Below, piece by piece: positions 14,755 through 28,291 of a stretch of 64,000 bases of DNA (its first letter is position 1; each line of letters opens with the position of its first letter). The notes below the pieces were generated by a model. The model saw only the letters and a list, made by a program, of their open reading frames with translations, did not search any database and was not told the origin of the DNA. The stretch spans positions 62,001-126,000 of the forward strand of contig CAJNYD010000551.1 of assembly GCA_905331295.1 (NCBI GenBank), in the 5' to 3' direction. The stretch comes from Rotaria socialis (taxonomy: Eukaryota). Position numbers and translations under genes: made by a program.

Positions 14755-17700
14755 ATGGCTGGAATGAAATTTGAAGTCAGTGAAATCATACCTTTCCTAG
14801 ATTTGGTTTTTGTAAAAGATTTCTATTGAATTTCTAGTACGATGAAAGTGGTGGAAAGTTTTATTATTTTGTTCTCGCTGTCTACGCATTAATTCTCATA
14901 CCAGCAACCTATTGGTTATGGCCTAAGACAGAAAAAAGAAGTACATTTTACAGGAAACAACAAGAGTAACGAAGATTTCATTTCTTTTATTATGTATAGA
15001 AAGTGCACCACATCCTGAAGATACATCTAATTTTCCTACTTGTCGACAAAAGCATCAATTGTTTCATGCAAATGAACCCAATCGAAGACGACGCGCCATA
15101 ATAACGTAAGATATTCATTTGTATGTTTCAAATCTTTGTACGTACTAGACGAATGAGAAAGGTATGTCATATCTCAATGATGACCTAGACCTAATTTTCT
15201 TCCGTTTGTTTTAGACTTTTGTTGTACTGTATATGACACTATTTTTTCTCTCTTTATTGTAGTAAAATTGGCTTAGTGTTAGCATGGGTTATTTTATTAA
15301 CTCTTGCTTATCGAGTATCATTAATTGAAACCGAACATAAGGAGTACGATCCATTTTCAATGTTGGGTATCGATCCAGTACGTGCTTATTGTTGTTGAAT
15401 ATTCCTAGAAAAATAAAATCGTTGTCTTTTATTAGGAAGCTACTCTTCCTGAAATAAAACGCGCTTATCGTGATCTGAGTAAAAAACATCATCCAGATCG
15501 TGGTGGAGATGCAGAAATGTTTGTAAGTGAAATAACCGAAACAAACAATTCTCGAGAAAAATAATAATTTTCATTTTTTAGAAAGAAATAGCTAAAGCAT
15601 ATAAAACGTTAACTGATGAAGAAGCAAAAGAAAATTGGCGAAAATATGGAAATCCTGATGGACCAGGAGGTTTGTTTTATGATTTGAACAAAAAATAAAA
15701 TAGAAATTTCTCTCTGAAAATCATTAGTGACTCATTTTGGCATTGCTCTACCAAAATGGTTAGTTGATCATCAAAATTCTATATTCGTTCTTTTGGTTTA
15801 TGCTGGTATCTTTATGATCGTTCTTCCTGTTATTATTGTAAGCTAATAATGATAGTAGATTTTTCTTTTTTATAAATATTTTCATTGAAAGTGCGTTTGG
15901 TGGCAAAAATCTGCTCGTTATTCGGGTGATCAAATTTTAATTGATACGACTCAACTTTATTGGATATTTTTAAGCAAAACAGCGTCGATAATTGTGAAAC
16001 GTAAGTTAACCGAGTGGAAATAGTTGTATGAGATTTGAATGTACCCATGTTCTAACCTACCTGACGGTATACAATGATGATTTAGTTTCTATATCTGTCA
16101 ATCCTCTGATATTTCTTTTGATGCAAAAGAAACTCTGAGTATACCGACGTACCAGTGTAAAATTCTTTTTCCGTTCATTCCGCTGATCTTTTTCTAGGCG
16201 CAATAATGATTCTTAGTGCATCAAGAGAGTTCGATCGAAATCGTAATCCTCTTATTGTCGATCGATTAAGTGATAATGTTGAATTGCCAAAGGTTTGTTT
16301 TTCAAATAGAAATGATTGGTGTGTGTATATAGAAGTGATTTCATATTTAGCTATTTCGAGAATTACCCGATGTTCAAGAAAAAACAAAAGAAAGACCATT
16401 TCAATTACCTTATTGCTTAAAATCACGTACACTTCTTCATGCTCATCTTGCACGACTTACGACGTTAAGTGATGATCTTGATAAAGGTAAAGAAAAAATT
16501 TCTTTTCCAAGATTTATTTATTATAATTTTCTTCTTAGATAAGCGATATATTGTGAAGAAATCTCCATATTTAATCAATGAAATGATTAATATTGAAGCT
16601 CAACTTGTTGCTTTGGGACATGTTGGAAGATGTAAGAAGTTTCGATTTCAAAGAAGAAGAAAAAAAATGTCTGTCTTTTTTTTTCTTAGTGAAAAATCCG
16701 CCACGTCTTGATACAATTGAAAATACAATGAAACTGTCGCCAATGATCATACAAGCATTAGGGAATTTGAAAAGTCCTCTACTTCAATTACCACACATAA
16801 CTGAGAGTCAGCTAAGATTTTTTGAAACAAAAAAGGTACGAAATTTAATCTCTCTCATTCTGTACGAACCTATGCAGAATTTTGTCTAATCGATCATAAG
16901 TTTCAGCATGTTGAGAATTATCGTATTTTTTCTTCTCTTCTGAATAAACGTAAATTTAACTTTCGAAGATAAAATCTAGAATAGAAAGTATATTTCGTCA
17001 TGTTCTATTTTTGTTTGAGTAATATATATGAATATGATTTATACAAAACTTCTATAGACACGTCTCAATATTTGAAATCGAATTTCCAGTTAGAGTGATG
17101 CTTTTGATTGTTCGATCACTTCATATCTATTCACTTTATTTATCGATGGTAAGCTTTCGACTACAATTGTTTGGAATCTATCAACTCATCTTCTAATTGT
17201 TTGCATTAAGTCCTTAAATAATTCTTCACTAATCCAATGTGATCCACAAATTGCCCTAAACTACTAGTAAATAATTATTTCTGCCTTTTACTAAATTCTT
17301 ATTTAACCATTTTACACTTCTTTTTGTCACTGCATAAAAATTAGCAACACTCTATCTACGACGCGGCCGCACTACTGAAGATGGACTGGTTACCGCGCCC
17401 ACTTCAAGTTAATGTTTATCACACGAGTGCCATAGTTCAATCGTTATGTTGTTCGATAGAAGCCCATAGAAACACTCTGTTCCAACTTCGCTATCACATG
17501 TTCGATAACGCTCAGTGTCAAACTATTGAAATCTTAACTGACCCATCTTCTTCATATTGCATAGCATACTGTGTAACAAATGTATCCACAAATCAGTATT
17601 CACCCCCTCCTATTGCTTACTCCTATGAAGCGAAAATGTTGACAATCACTCTCATATTCATATTTTGTTGCTGAAAAATTAGCTCTTCTATTTTTATTTT

Positions 17701-19334
17701 AGCGAACCATTAAATCAATACGACAATTCGCAGCCATGAACGATGAAGAACGTCGTTCCATGTTACGTAGTATTACAGATGAACAGTATGATGATATCAT
17801 GAATGTTCTTTCGATTTATCCACATATAACAATGACTGTATCATGTGGAGGTATTTTAATCTTAGCTGAAAACGAAAAATCCATAATCATATTTAACTAT
17901 TATCCAACTTTTTTTCCATTTAGTATTTGATGACGAAGATGAACATATAATAACAACAGGTGCCGTTGTTACATTAACAATACATTTACAACGTGAAAAT
18001 ATGTCAACCGTATTTAACAAAGAGCTTGGATCAAATACATTGGCTGCGATGAATACTATTGATTATGAAGTAAATGAAGAGCAAGCAGACGATAAAGAAA
18101 ATCGAGAGAAGGTTGCACACAAAAAAAAATCTTTTATATACAATTAAAACGATTATTTTTCTTCGATTAGACTAATGAAACTTCTAAAGCAGCTGCAACC
18201 GCATCGAACGCAACAAAAGGTTGGAACAATAAATCAGATAAAAAGAAAAAGACAAAAAAGAAAGGACACGCACCCGCAACAAAAACGAGTCATAATCCAT
18301 CGAATAAACAAGTAACAACAACGGCATCTACTACTACTACGACCACTACTGGCAATAAAAATCAATCGAAACCAGTAGATAAAGATTCAAGTGGTACGTA
18401 TTGAATCGATTTTGTTTACTATTCAAATTTTTATTTATAAGTTATCCTTCTAATAGCAAAATTCTTATGTCCATAGATTTTAAACTCCGCCTTGACAGAG
18501 TTCTTTCTTAGATAATAGAAGAGTAGTTCAATTTTTAAATTAATTTCTTTTTATTTCACTTATTTAGATGATGATTCATCGAAACATTCTGATGGTAAGT
18601 TGAAAGAAGACTCAATAAATTCGTTGCATTTTTGTCTTTAGACTCTCCATCAACTTTACGTCAACGTCATGAACCATCCAAAGACGAAACGAATAATAGT
18701 GAAAATGATAATAATGAAGAAGAAATTCCTTCGACAAATTTAAAGAAATCACGAAAAAACTCCGACAATGACGAAGATACGTTTCTCGAGCGATTTCAAC
18801 AACAACAACGTAAACGTGAAACATTGGAAACAAAAGCTAAAATTAGTCATCGAGTCTTTTGTCCATTCTATCCTGAAGTATGTTCAATGATGAACATAGT
18901 AGATAATCTATTTTCATTTTCATATTTAGATTAAACAAGAATGTTGGTGGTTATACGTCGCCGATAAGAAACATTTTTCATTAATTAGTGCACCTGTCTA
19001 TCTATGCACATTAAAAGATAAAGAAGAAATCGAAATAAAATTTTCTGCACCAAAAATACCTGGTCATTATGTTTATTCAGTTATATTAAGATCCGATTCA
19101 TATTTCGATGTTGATGTTATGGAAAATCTTGCAGTAAGTTTACGAAAAATAAAAAAATGACTCGTAATCCCTTACTTTTTCTTTCTTTTAATAATATTTT
19201 AGTTCGATGTTCAAGCGGCAAAAGAAATGACCGACAATCATCCTCAATGGGATTTTAGCGATGAAGAAGGAGCAACAAATAATAAAGCAGAAGATGAAGA
19301 ATTCGCCACCGAAAGTGAAAGTGACGAGGAATAG
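14755..19334 (+). CDS. SEC63: Translocation protein SEC63, multi-exon
   Basis: N-terminus MAGMKFE|YDESGGKFYYF. J-domain with KKHHPDRGGD and AYKTLTDEEAKENWRKYGNPDGPG; Sec63/Brl domain (SPLLQLPHI, KQECWWLYVAD, LRSDSYFDVD); acidic C-terminus ending ESESDEE, stop TAG at 19332-19334. Confidence 0.96.
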
Positions 19335-20404
19335 ATTTTTTTATCGTTGTTGTTGTTGTTGTTATTCACATTCTCATTTATTATTTATATTATCGATTTT
19401 TTCCATTGAATAAGTTTTTTTTCAAAGTGAAAAACAAATAAATATCTAACATTGTCGTGCAAATCATTATGGCTTTTAGTCTAAGGGCATATGATAATTA
19501 TTTGGACATTTGAAGTACATCGATTGTGCGATACATCTCTACAAGCTTGAGAAGAAGAATAAAATAAAAGGTGAAAAACATAAAGATTCTTTTTTTTGTT
19601 TGCATCGATGCGTGCATAGATTACGCATGAAAATGGGCGTTATATGGTTCTTAATAAACGGAAAGAAAATTTGTTCACCTCAATGAATGTCTTACACCAT
19701 TGCAGCTTATGATTTTCTTCACTAGATGATCTTTTTTCTGTTTAATTTCCGTACTTCTACTTTCCAAGTGTTATCATTGATATAGCTGCACGTGCTCAAA
19801 TTTTTGTTGCGCAAACAAAACGAGAAAAAGATCAAATAAATTTTTTGTTTTGTACTTGTTCATGTACAAGTGAAGCCTTTCGAGAAATAACGCCAGCAAT
19901 ATGTAAATTGTATGGTTTGAATATCAATTGTTTGCTTGGAATATGATTCTTGTATTGAATTCATCTATGCACATGTTGTGTTTCTGAAAACTAAGAAGAA
20001 AATACATGCTACTGATGTGTATCCATATCTATTTGATTTTATGATTCTGTTGATGAAGAAAAGAAAAGGGCAAAATAAAAATCTACTATTGCCATTATCA
20101 TTATATCGTGTCTCGTTCTAAAAGGGTATCATTTCTATGTATACCTGTGTAGAAGGAAAGTCATTTATGATCTTTATCACCAACATTTTCTCTTTTGTTG
20201 TATTTTTCATTTCGAGATTTCGTTGTTAGTGTATGATGGATTGTGTAACATAGAAAGTTCTGCTTAGCAAACGGCAACAATTCTCCATTTAACACTCGTA
20301 TTTCTTTATTCTGATTTTTAGGCTTGATTTTGAAATCAATCAAAAAGCGTTGTTCAATATATTAGAACTCTTCTTCATGTTCAGTTCAATATTGTATTAA
20401 AATA

Positions 20405-23400
20405 ATGTATCAGGATAATAAACACATTATTCTTATAGTCATACTTGGTTTACTTATTCACAAATATTGTTGTATAGAACAAACATATCAACATAAAGAG
20501 GCTAAACAAGCGCGTTTTCATGTTGCCGAATTTAATTTTGATCATGTAGCTGATGTCTACTCTATTACGTTATGGATTTTACTTGGTTCATTAGCTAAAG
20601 TTGGTAAGTATCGATAGTTTATTTTCAAGCGAACGTCATTATGATTACTCGTAGGTTTTCATTTATCACATCGTTTAACTGAGAAGTTTCCTGAAAGTTG
20701 TCTTCTAATTATTCTTGGTCTTATTGTTGGCGGCCTACTTTATGGCACTCATTTAGCAGAACAAAAAGCTTATGTACTCGATAGTAATACATTCTTTTTG
20801 TTTCTTCTACCAGTAAGAAAAAAATTAATATTTTTGTTTTGTTTTATATAGTATAGGCATAACCGTGTGTTTTCGAAATTATGTCTTGAGAAAAAGAAGA
20901 ACTCCTCGGGTTGAATCATAAATCCATATCGATAAGATAAGATTGAGTAAGAATCTACTTTAGAGAAGAGAACTTGAAAACGTCAATTTGTCAATCATTG
21001 CAACAGAATGATACCATGAGTGGAAAGAATATTCTCTTGTATTTATAAGCACGTGGGTTTTTAGTAGATGCAGAACTGATGCAACAAAAATAATTGAATT
21101 TATGTTTGTCTAGTTCGAGATCTTTAGAATATATATGTGTACGAGCCTTTAACTAGACTTGAAACTTAGAAAAAATTGAAAATATCAACGGTGTATCAAA
21201 ATATTAGAGAGACCTCTATCGATCGGCTGCAGTTAATTTTAATGTATGATTCTCATAATGATATCTCGGGTTTTTTCTTGAAGTAGTTAATTCAACAAAT
21301 ATAGAAAGAAATTAGAATCTTCGTCATGAATAATCATATTAACAACAGACGCTCTTTTTAACCATCTGCGCGTCAAAGCATGTTATGAGTATTCTACAGT
21401 CAAACGATAGTATGAATCGAGCAAGAATCAATATTTAGATGATCTATCTAACGACGGGAATTTCTCGTGTATCTTTCTGGGATTTTAATGGCAGTTATAT
21501 GAACCTATCAAGTCCATTGTAGTGATCTTAAATAGGCAGAAATTGACGACTAAGACTGTTTCGATTGAAATTAAAAAAACTGGCAAAATTGATACGCCGA
21601 CTCAGATGTCAGTACTGGTTTCAAATTTGTTACTAGTCTCAACTCATATAGTATTTTTCCTGTGGAAATTCAAATGGGTATTTTCTAATAGATCCCGATT
21701 ATTTTTTGAAAATATACACTTCGTTTCAAGCACTTTTTTTGTTATAGATCATCACACTTGTTCGAACGAAACATCGAGTCGCGAATTTTAAATAGCATTT
21801 CTAGAACAGAAATTTCCACTAATATTTAATCTATTTCCCGGAGAAAAATACGATACGAAACGAGACTGATAATATGGTTGAAGTCACCATCGAAAACCGA
21901 ATCAATTTGTCAATATTCTGACTCTATCTTATAAAAATTTTCGTTGTAGAAAGTTATTTCCTTGATCATAATTTTTATATCTGATTTGATCTTATTCTCT
22001 CATATAGCCCATTATTTTTGAAGCTGGCTATTTTATGCCTAACCGTCCATTTTTTGACAATCTTGGTACAATATTATTATTAGCTATAGTCAATACTTTA
22101 TTTAATACAATATGTATTGGTCTTACATTGTGGGGTTTTCAATTTACACCAATCTACGGTGGTACTAAATTTGAAATGCTACCTTGTCTTGTTTTTGCGG
22201 CACTCATATCAGCTGTTGATCCTGTAGCTGTACTAGCAACATTTACTGAAATACACGTTAATGATATGTTGTATATTGTTGTCTTTGGTGAATCGTTACT
22301 CAATGATGCTGTTTCAGTTGTTCTATATCGTATGTTTGATTCATTTGCTAAAATCGGCCAAGACAATCTAATTGTAATGGATATTGTTTTGGGTTTTCTA
22401 TCGTTTTTTGTCGTTGCTCTTGGTGGTGTTCTACTTGGAATTGTATTTGGAGTGATTGGATGTTTTACAACGAAATTCACTGAACACACACCTGTATTGG
22501 AGCCATTGATTATTCTTGTCTATGCATATTTATCTTATCTTACATCAGAAATGCTTTCAGTATCTGGTATTTTAGCGTAAGTCGATCATATTCTATTTAG
22601 GAAATAAAATTCTTCTATAAAATTTTTAGTTTAACTTTTTGCGGTATGGTAATGAAACAATATATACCATTTAATATTTCAAAGAAATCCGATGCAACCA
22701 CAGAATATGTTATTAAAATGTTATCTTCTATCATGGAAACTATTATATTTATGTTTATGGGTTTATCAACAGTTAGTGATAATCATTCGTGGAATACGGG
22801 CTTTGTTCTAATGACATTATTTCTCTGTCTTCTCTATCGAGTTATTGGTATGAATATAAAATATGATAGATTGACTTTTCTATTTCGTTTCTGTTTTCTA
22901 GGCGTTATAATCTTTGCTAATATAGCTAATTGTTGGCGTTTACTTGAATTAACACGTATTGATATGTTGATTATGTCATATGGTGGCTTACGTGGCGCTA
23001 TTGCATTTGCGCTTGCACTTGTTCTGGATGAAACAAAGATTGAACGAAAAAAAGAATTTGTTACAGCAACAATAGCCGTAGTGTTTTTTACTGTTTTTCT
23101 ACAAGTAAAATTTAAAACAAAAACTACAGCTTACTTTTTTTTATAAAGATTTTCTCATATTTTCTACGTAGGGTATTACTATTGGTCCACTTGTGAAACT
23201 TCTTAATGTAAGACGAAAACAAGTCGAAGAACCAACGATGTCAGCTAAATTAACAAGTCGTGTAAATTAGATATACTTGATTGATTTCTTTCGTCTACTT
23301 TGTTGTTTTTTAAAGATGATGGATCATGTTATGACTTGTTTAGAGGAAATTTCTGGCAGCGGTGGAAATAATTCACTACGTGATAAGTAAATCACATGAA

Positions 23401-24714
23401 AATATAACTCGAAAAACGATGTGTTTAATATGATATTTTTTTTTCAGATGTCGAAATCTTGACCGAAATTATTTTAAACGCTTTTTATTACGTGAAAAGC
23501 CAGAACAAACAGTGGATATTAAATTACTAAAAGAATTTAAAAGTATTAATGTACGGTCAGCTATGCGAGTTCACGATACATCGAAAGGTCTTATACCAAA
23601 TTCATCTTCAACAGCTATGCAGCAGTTACCATCGGAAAACGCTTTTAGGCCAGAACGAAGAGCCAGACATTTTTCAGACATTGCCACTCCAAAGTTTGCT
23701 CAATGGTTTATTTCATTTTTCAATGGTTCATTTCATTTTCATTTGCAGTTCACCTCAACGAACAGTGCCCGATTTAATGTTATTTGAAAGCCAGGGAACT
23801 GACCATCAACGTGACGATGCAAAAATGCATCGTTTTCTTGATTCAAATCTTCCTCATGCAAGACGAAGAGTAAGTGAATTTATATGAGTGCTCGACTAAA
23901 TAAACGCTTTTGACTAGTCACCGTGCAGTAAAGTATATTGCTGTTTACTGTTGATATTCTTTGCTAGATATTCTATCATATGCTATATCTATATACCAAA
24001 AACGTTTAAGATTATTTATAAAAGAATGTAGAAAAAGAAAGCTGAACGGTCTAATCACTTGAATATCGATCTACTATTCAGTGTCTAGAGTACGTCTCTT
24101 GTTTGTTCTATGATGCGTGTAGGTAAAAATGATTGCCTCTATTCCATGGCATTATTGTTTTCTATCCATATTGAATACCTATTTTGAAGTTGCATTTAGA
24201 AATGAAGATGCAAATCGCCAATACTATCGATGGTAGTGCAAAGAAACGTTGTGATTTAAGATAAATATTTGTTTAAGTACAAATAATACTCAGAAATACA
24301 TGCTTGAATATATAAGATAATAATCATGAAACAGTTAAAAAACGTAGATGAAGTTCGAGTCTTTAGTTCTATTCATATAGTATATCACAAGAAATATTTT
24401 AATTTTTCACAATATTTCATAATTCTTTGAATAATATCAGTGTAATCAAAACGAAAACCATAATAATACTGACAGCTTCAGAAAAAAATACTATAGAAAC
24501 AAGTTTGTCAAGTGTTTATTCCATTAAGTACTTCAACAGTCCGTCAGGTTGTTTGAAGGCGGGAGGATATAACAACGAACAAACATTACTAATACTCATA
24601 TGTGAACTCTCATATACTAAATAGGCATAGTATAAGGGTATTTTTTTTTTGCGGGGGGGGGGAGCATAAAAAACTACTTAAAACGGTTAATATTAACGTT
24701 AAAATTGAAAAATT

Positions 24715-24757
<43 letters not shown>

Positions 24758-25716
24758 ATCTACTTCTATCGGGTAATATTAACGTTAAACTTGGAATATG
24801 ACGATATCACGAGAGAAATAATCGAATATTGTATTAGTAGCGAACACTATTTAGACTATTAGCATGCAGAGAAAAATGATTTCTTTATACTATTGGCTCG
24901 ATTGATTTTATGAGTTGGCAGTTTTATTCAAATTTCGTATAAACACTCTGAATAGGAGGAATATTTCTATCGAGAAAAAAAATGAATATTTATAGGCAAC
25001 TATGCATCTTCGAAATCAAGACGAACTAGCTGGTGTAGAGGATGAACTCAATAGTCGTTTCGAAAAATTATCTCATCATCGGGATCTTCGATATGTACCC
25101 ATACGGCTTACCCGAGAACAAATGCATGCAATTAGCACAATTAGTAAACCGTCTGCTAATTCTAATCAATCACCAACGTTAACAGCTACGCCATCAATTC
25201 ATGATTATTCAGAAACAGAATTAACACCTAATCAAAATTCGAGAACAAAATCAAATGATTCTGATATTGTGTTAACTCCTAATAATTTGCGTGGTAAGAA
25301 TAAAAATGACGATAATTATTATTGTTATTTAATAGAGTTCATTTTGAAAACAATGTTTTCTTTCTGTTTTCTATTCATCAGATAAATCATCAACCGCTGC
25401 TGAACGTGTCCGTCCATGGCGTCGTTCAGCAAGTAGTGATGATATTGAACTAACATCTCAAGCATTGCCTAAATCAACGTCAAAGAATCGAAATGATCCT
25501 AATCTTCATCCAAGAGATTTAACAACAGCAGATGTTAGTAATTCCTATAGAAAATCAAGTGAACATATGAGTGAAGATGCAGCAGCAACAAACCCCAAGG
25601 AAAATTCTTCTCGACTAAAAGCCTCCGACTTATTAGATAAACAATCTAAAAACTCGTCGAACCAGCCAAAGAATCAGGCAAATACTGTTGCTGATCTTAG
25701 TGCTACTCGCTTGTGA
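20405..25716 (+). CDS. Na+/H+ exchanger (SLC9A, plasma-membrane NHE1-5/NHE3-like), multi-exon
   Basis: Signal-like N-terminus. Motifs FPESCLLIILGL, FLFLLP|PIIFEAGY, ISAVDPVAVLA, VFGESLLNDAV, YGGLRGAIAFAL and VFFTVFLQ|GITIGPLVKLL, followed by a long hydrophilic tail ending at TGA 25716. Confidence 0.93.
24716..24752. repeat. C37 homopolymer in an NHE intron
   Basis: 37 consecutive C residues, preceded by a G10 run at 24653-24662. Confidence 0.85.
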
Positions 25717-26819
25717 CCTTGAAAAATACATTATCATTTCTTTTCTTTTTTCTCCTTTTTTAATATTTTGTTTTATTCATCGATTTCTTTACTAGTACGT
25801 CGGAAATTAAATAATAAAAAAAATATTCTATAGAGAATAATTTCAATCTTGCGTCTTTTCAATGAATATTGACATGGAAAACATAATTAAAATAACGACT
25901 TTTAAACAAATAGTCAAGTAAACTGCATTCATCAACACAGACAATGCCAACAAAGTGTTGCTGTAGATCGAAATGAATTCAAAACGTTCAGTACGGTCTC
26001 ATTAGATTAGCTAAAAGAATAATATTTTCTTCATCTAAATCATATTACTTCGCATCGTCTATTTGTTATTACTAATATATTTACACAATGATTTTATCAT
26101 TTTAATGAATTGTTAGTTAGCATTTGAAGATATTGAAACATTTTCATAATGAATTATACGAAACACATCGCCAAGAAAATCCTATTGTTTTCACTCATGT
26201 CCGAGCACGATTATTAATATTCGCGCACGTGTTTTTTCTAAAAACAATGAGCTGTAAACCTTATCGAGATGATCTAAATGATGATAAAGACAAAGTTGCC
26301 ATGGCTATTGTTTTCCTCAAACAATGAATTCTATCCGAAATCGGTAAGAAGAGTGGTTTTGTTGTTTGCTCGCTCTACTATGGCTTTTCTTTTCTTTTTG
26401 TTTTGATGAGGAGAAATAAAATAAAAAAAACTTTTTATTTTGATCTTTGAGAATAGTTCGATTCAGAAATATTTGCTTTTTATTATCTGAAATTTTTCTA
26501 GAAATTGAATGTCATATCGAAAAATAAAAATATTTATCGAAACGAACGAGTTCAAATCAATCTTCAAAGTTTACCCTTATTACTATCTCACCGATATTTC
26601 TATAAACAAATCTCTTTTTTTTCAGTTGAATTTATTTATTAAAATTTTCATACTGTATTTTTCACTAAAAAACAGGCAAAAGTTCATCTAATATCAATAC
26701 AGCCGCGATTTTTTATTCAGCCCAATCAATATTTAAAATGAGGAAAAAAAAAGAACGGGAGATAAAATTCACGAGCATCGTAAATGTATGTTTTTTTCTG
26801 TTAATGGTGAAAATAGTAT

Positions 26820-27299
26820 TTAACGAGGTTGAGAAGAAACTGGTATGCGTGAACCTGGTGTACTCCTAATATTAACAGAAATAAAAATAAGAAAATATTA
26901 TTTAAAAAAATGATTCGCGGCTAACCTCGTTGTTTCAATTCAATTGCTTCTTGGCAAACGGCACAACCGCTACAACAGCAAGTAGCCAAGAAGTCACTTG
27001 GGTTTTCTTCGAGATTGTAGGCAGCACGAAGAGCTTCTCGTCGAGGTTTATGAAGGAGACAACAGAGATAGCAACCTGATAAACATGCGTAACCACAACA
27101 CATGGTAAATTTGTTTGATCCATCGATTTGCTCAGCATTTTGACCAAATAAATAACAACCACAACACCAACCAAGTAAACATATTGGTATATCCTCAAAG
27201 CAACCAAATAAACCGGCTGAAAAAAGAGAGAAACATTGAAATAGAATATCATTCACTTATCGAAATAGATAATCCATCACCTTTCCATGGTTGAGACAT
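26820..27299 (-). CDS. PLAC8 / cornifelin / plant-cadmium-resistance family Cys-rich protein
   Basis: Exon 1 (27281-27299) splices in frame to exon 2 (starting 27216), giving MSQPWKAGLFGCFEDIPICLLGWCCGCYLFGQNAEQI...DFLATCCCSGCAVCQEAIELKQR, the PLAC8 signature. The 3' end is uncertain: either stop at 26921 or a short last exon (GSRIPVSSQPR) ending at 26820. Confidence 0.88.
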
Positions 27300-28163
27300 T
27301 GTAGATTTTGTTTTAAATTGACAAGTTTTTATACAGTTGCTATGTACGTTCGGGTGACACTAAAATAATCGAATGCAACTCGTTTCTACTGATCGGCTTC
27401 CTTATATATGGTTCCTTCATTTTTCTGTTCTCTTTCTCTTCTCTTTATAATCTAGAAGTCCAAAAAAAGCAGTGGTAAGAGAGGAAGAAAAAGTATACAA
27501 ACATAAGCTACGTAGGCAGAGGTTTGTTTTAAAAGTAATATAAAAAAATCTATATAAACAAAAGATACTGTCATAGACACGGTCTCGAATGAATATTACA
27601 AAAAAGAAATGCTCTTACATATCAACAAATGGGGGAGGGGGAGTGGGTTCGTTCTGTATACAATGATTTTAACGGTTTCAGTAAAAACAAACCAGTCATT
27701 TTCGGGTGATGCTTTTCGTTACTTTCTATTCTTAAACTTTTTTTCTCTCACGCTTGAGTCATATTTTCATTTAATAGAATTCACCATGTTACGCTATGTT
27801 CTTTAGTTGGTATTTTGTTTCCCTAGCAACAGCAAAAAAAGAACTTAAAATTTAAGAATATTTTGCTTCGATTCATAATCATACAAATACGCTTCTGCGG
27901 TGTTATCGCTGTAAAAAGTAAACAAAGTTTCTTTTCCAAGTGATTTCTTATGAAAATTTAATGATTGAAAATTTTCATTGATGTGTGAAAATCTTTTCGT
28001 ATTCAATATGAATTTTATGCTTCTATTTGGTATGTTCATTTAAAAAAAGATTATGATCTTGAATTCATATTAGTACAATAAAGGTTAGAAGAATACTGTT
28101 CGTTCAATGGTAATGTCGTTAAAAAATGCAAAGAAAAATCCTATTGTAAAAGAAGTGTAGAAT

Positions 28164-28291
28164 TATTCTTATTTTCATAGGCCATAGAATGGAATTCAAA
28201 GCGTATATTCTTATTTTCATAGGCCATAGAATGGAATTCAAAGCGTATATTCTTATTTTCATAGGCCATAGAATGGAATTCAAAGCGTATA
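28164..28291. repeat. Perfect 42-bp tandem repeat, three copies
   Basis: Unit tattcttattttcataggccatagaatggaattcaaagcgta starts at 28164, 28206 and 28248. Confidence 0.95.

Noticed and set aside
17340..17674. GC-richer block and 97-aa ORF in a SEC63 intron
   Set aside because: May be an old insertion, but I found no termini, TSD or recognisable protein motif.
24602..24862. Poly-proline ORF
   Set aside because: Translation of the intronic C37 homopolymer.
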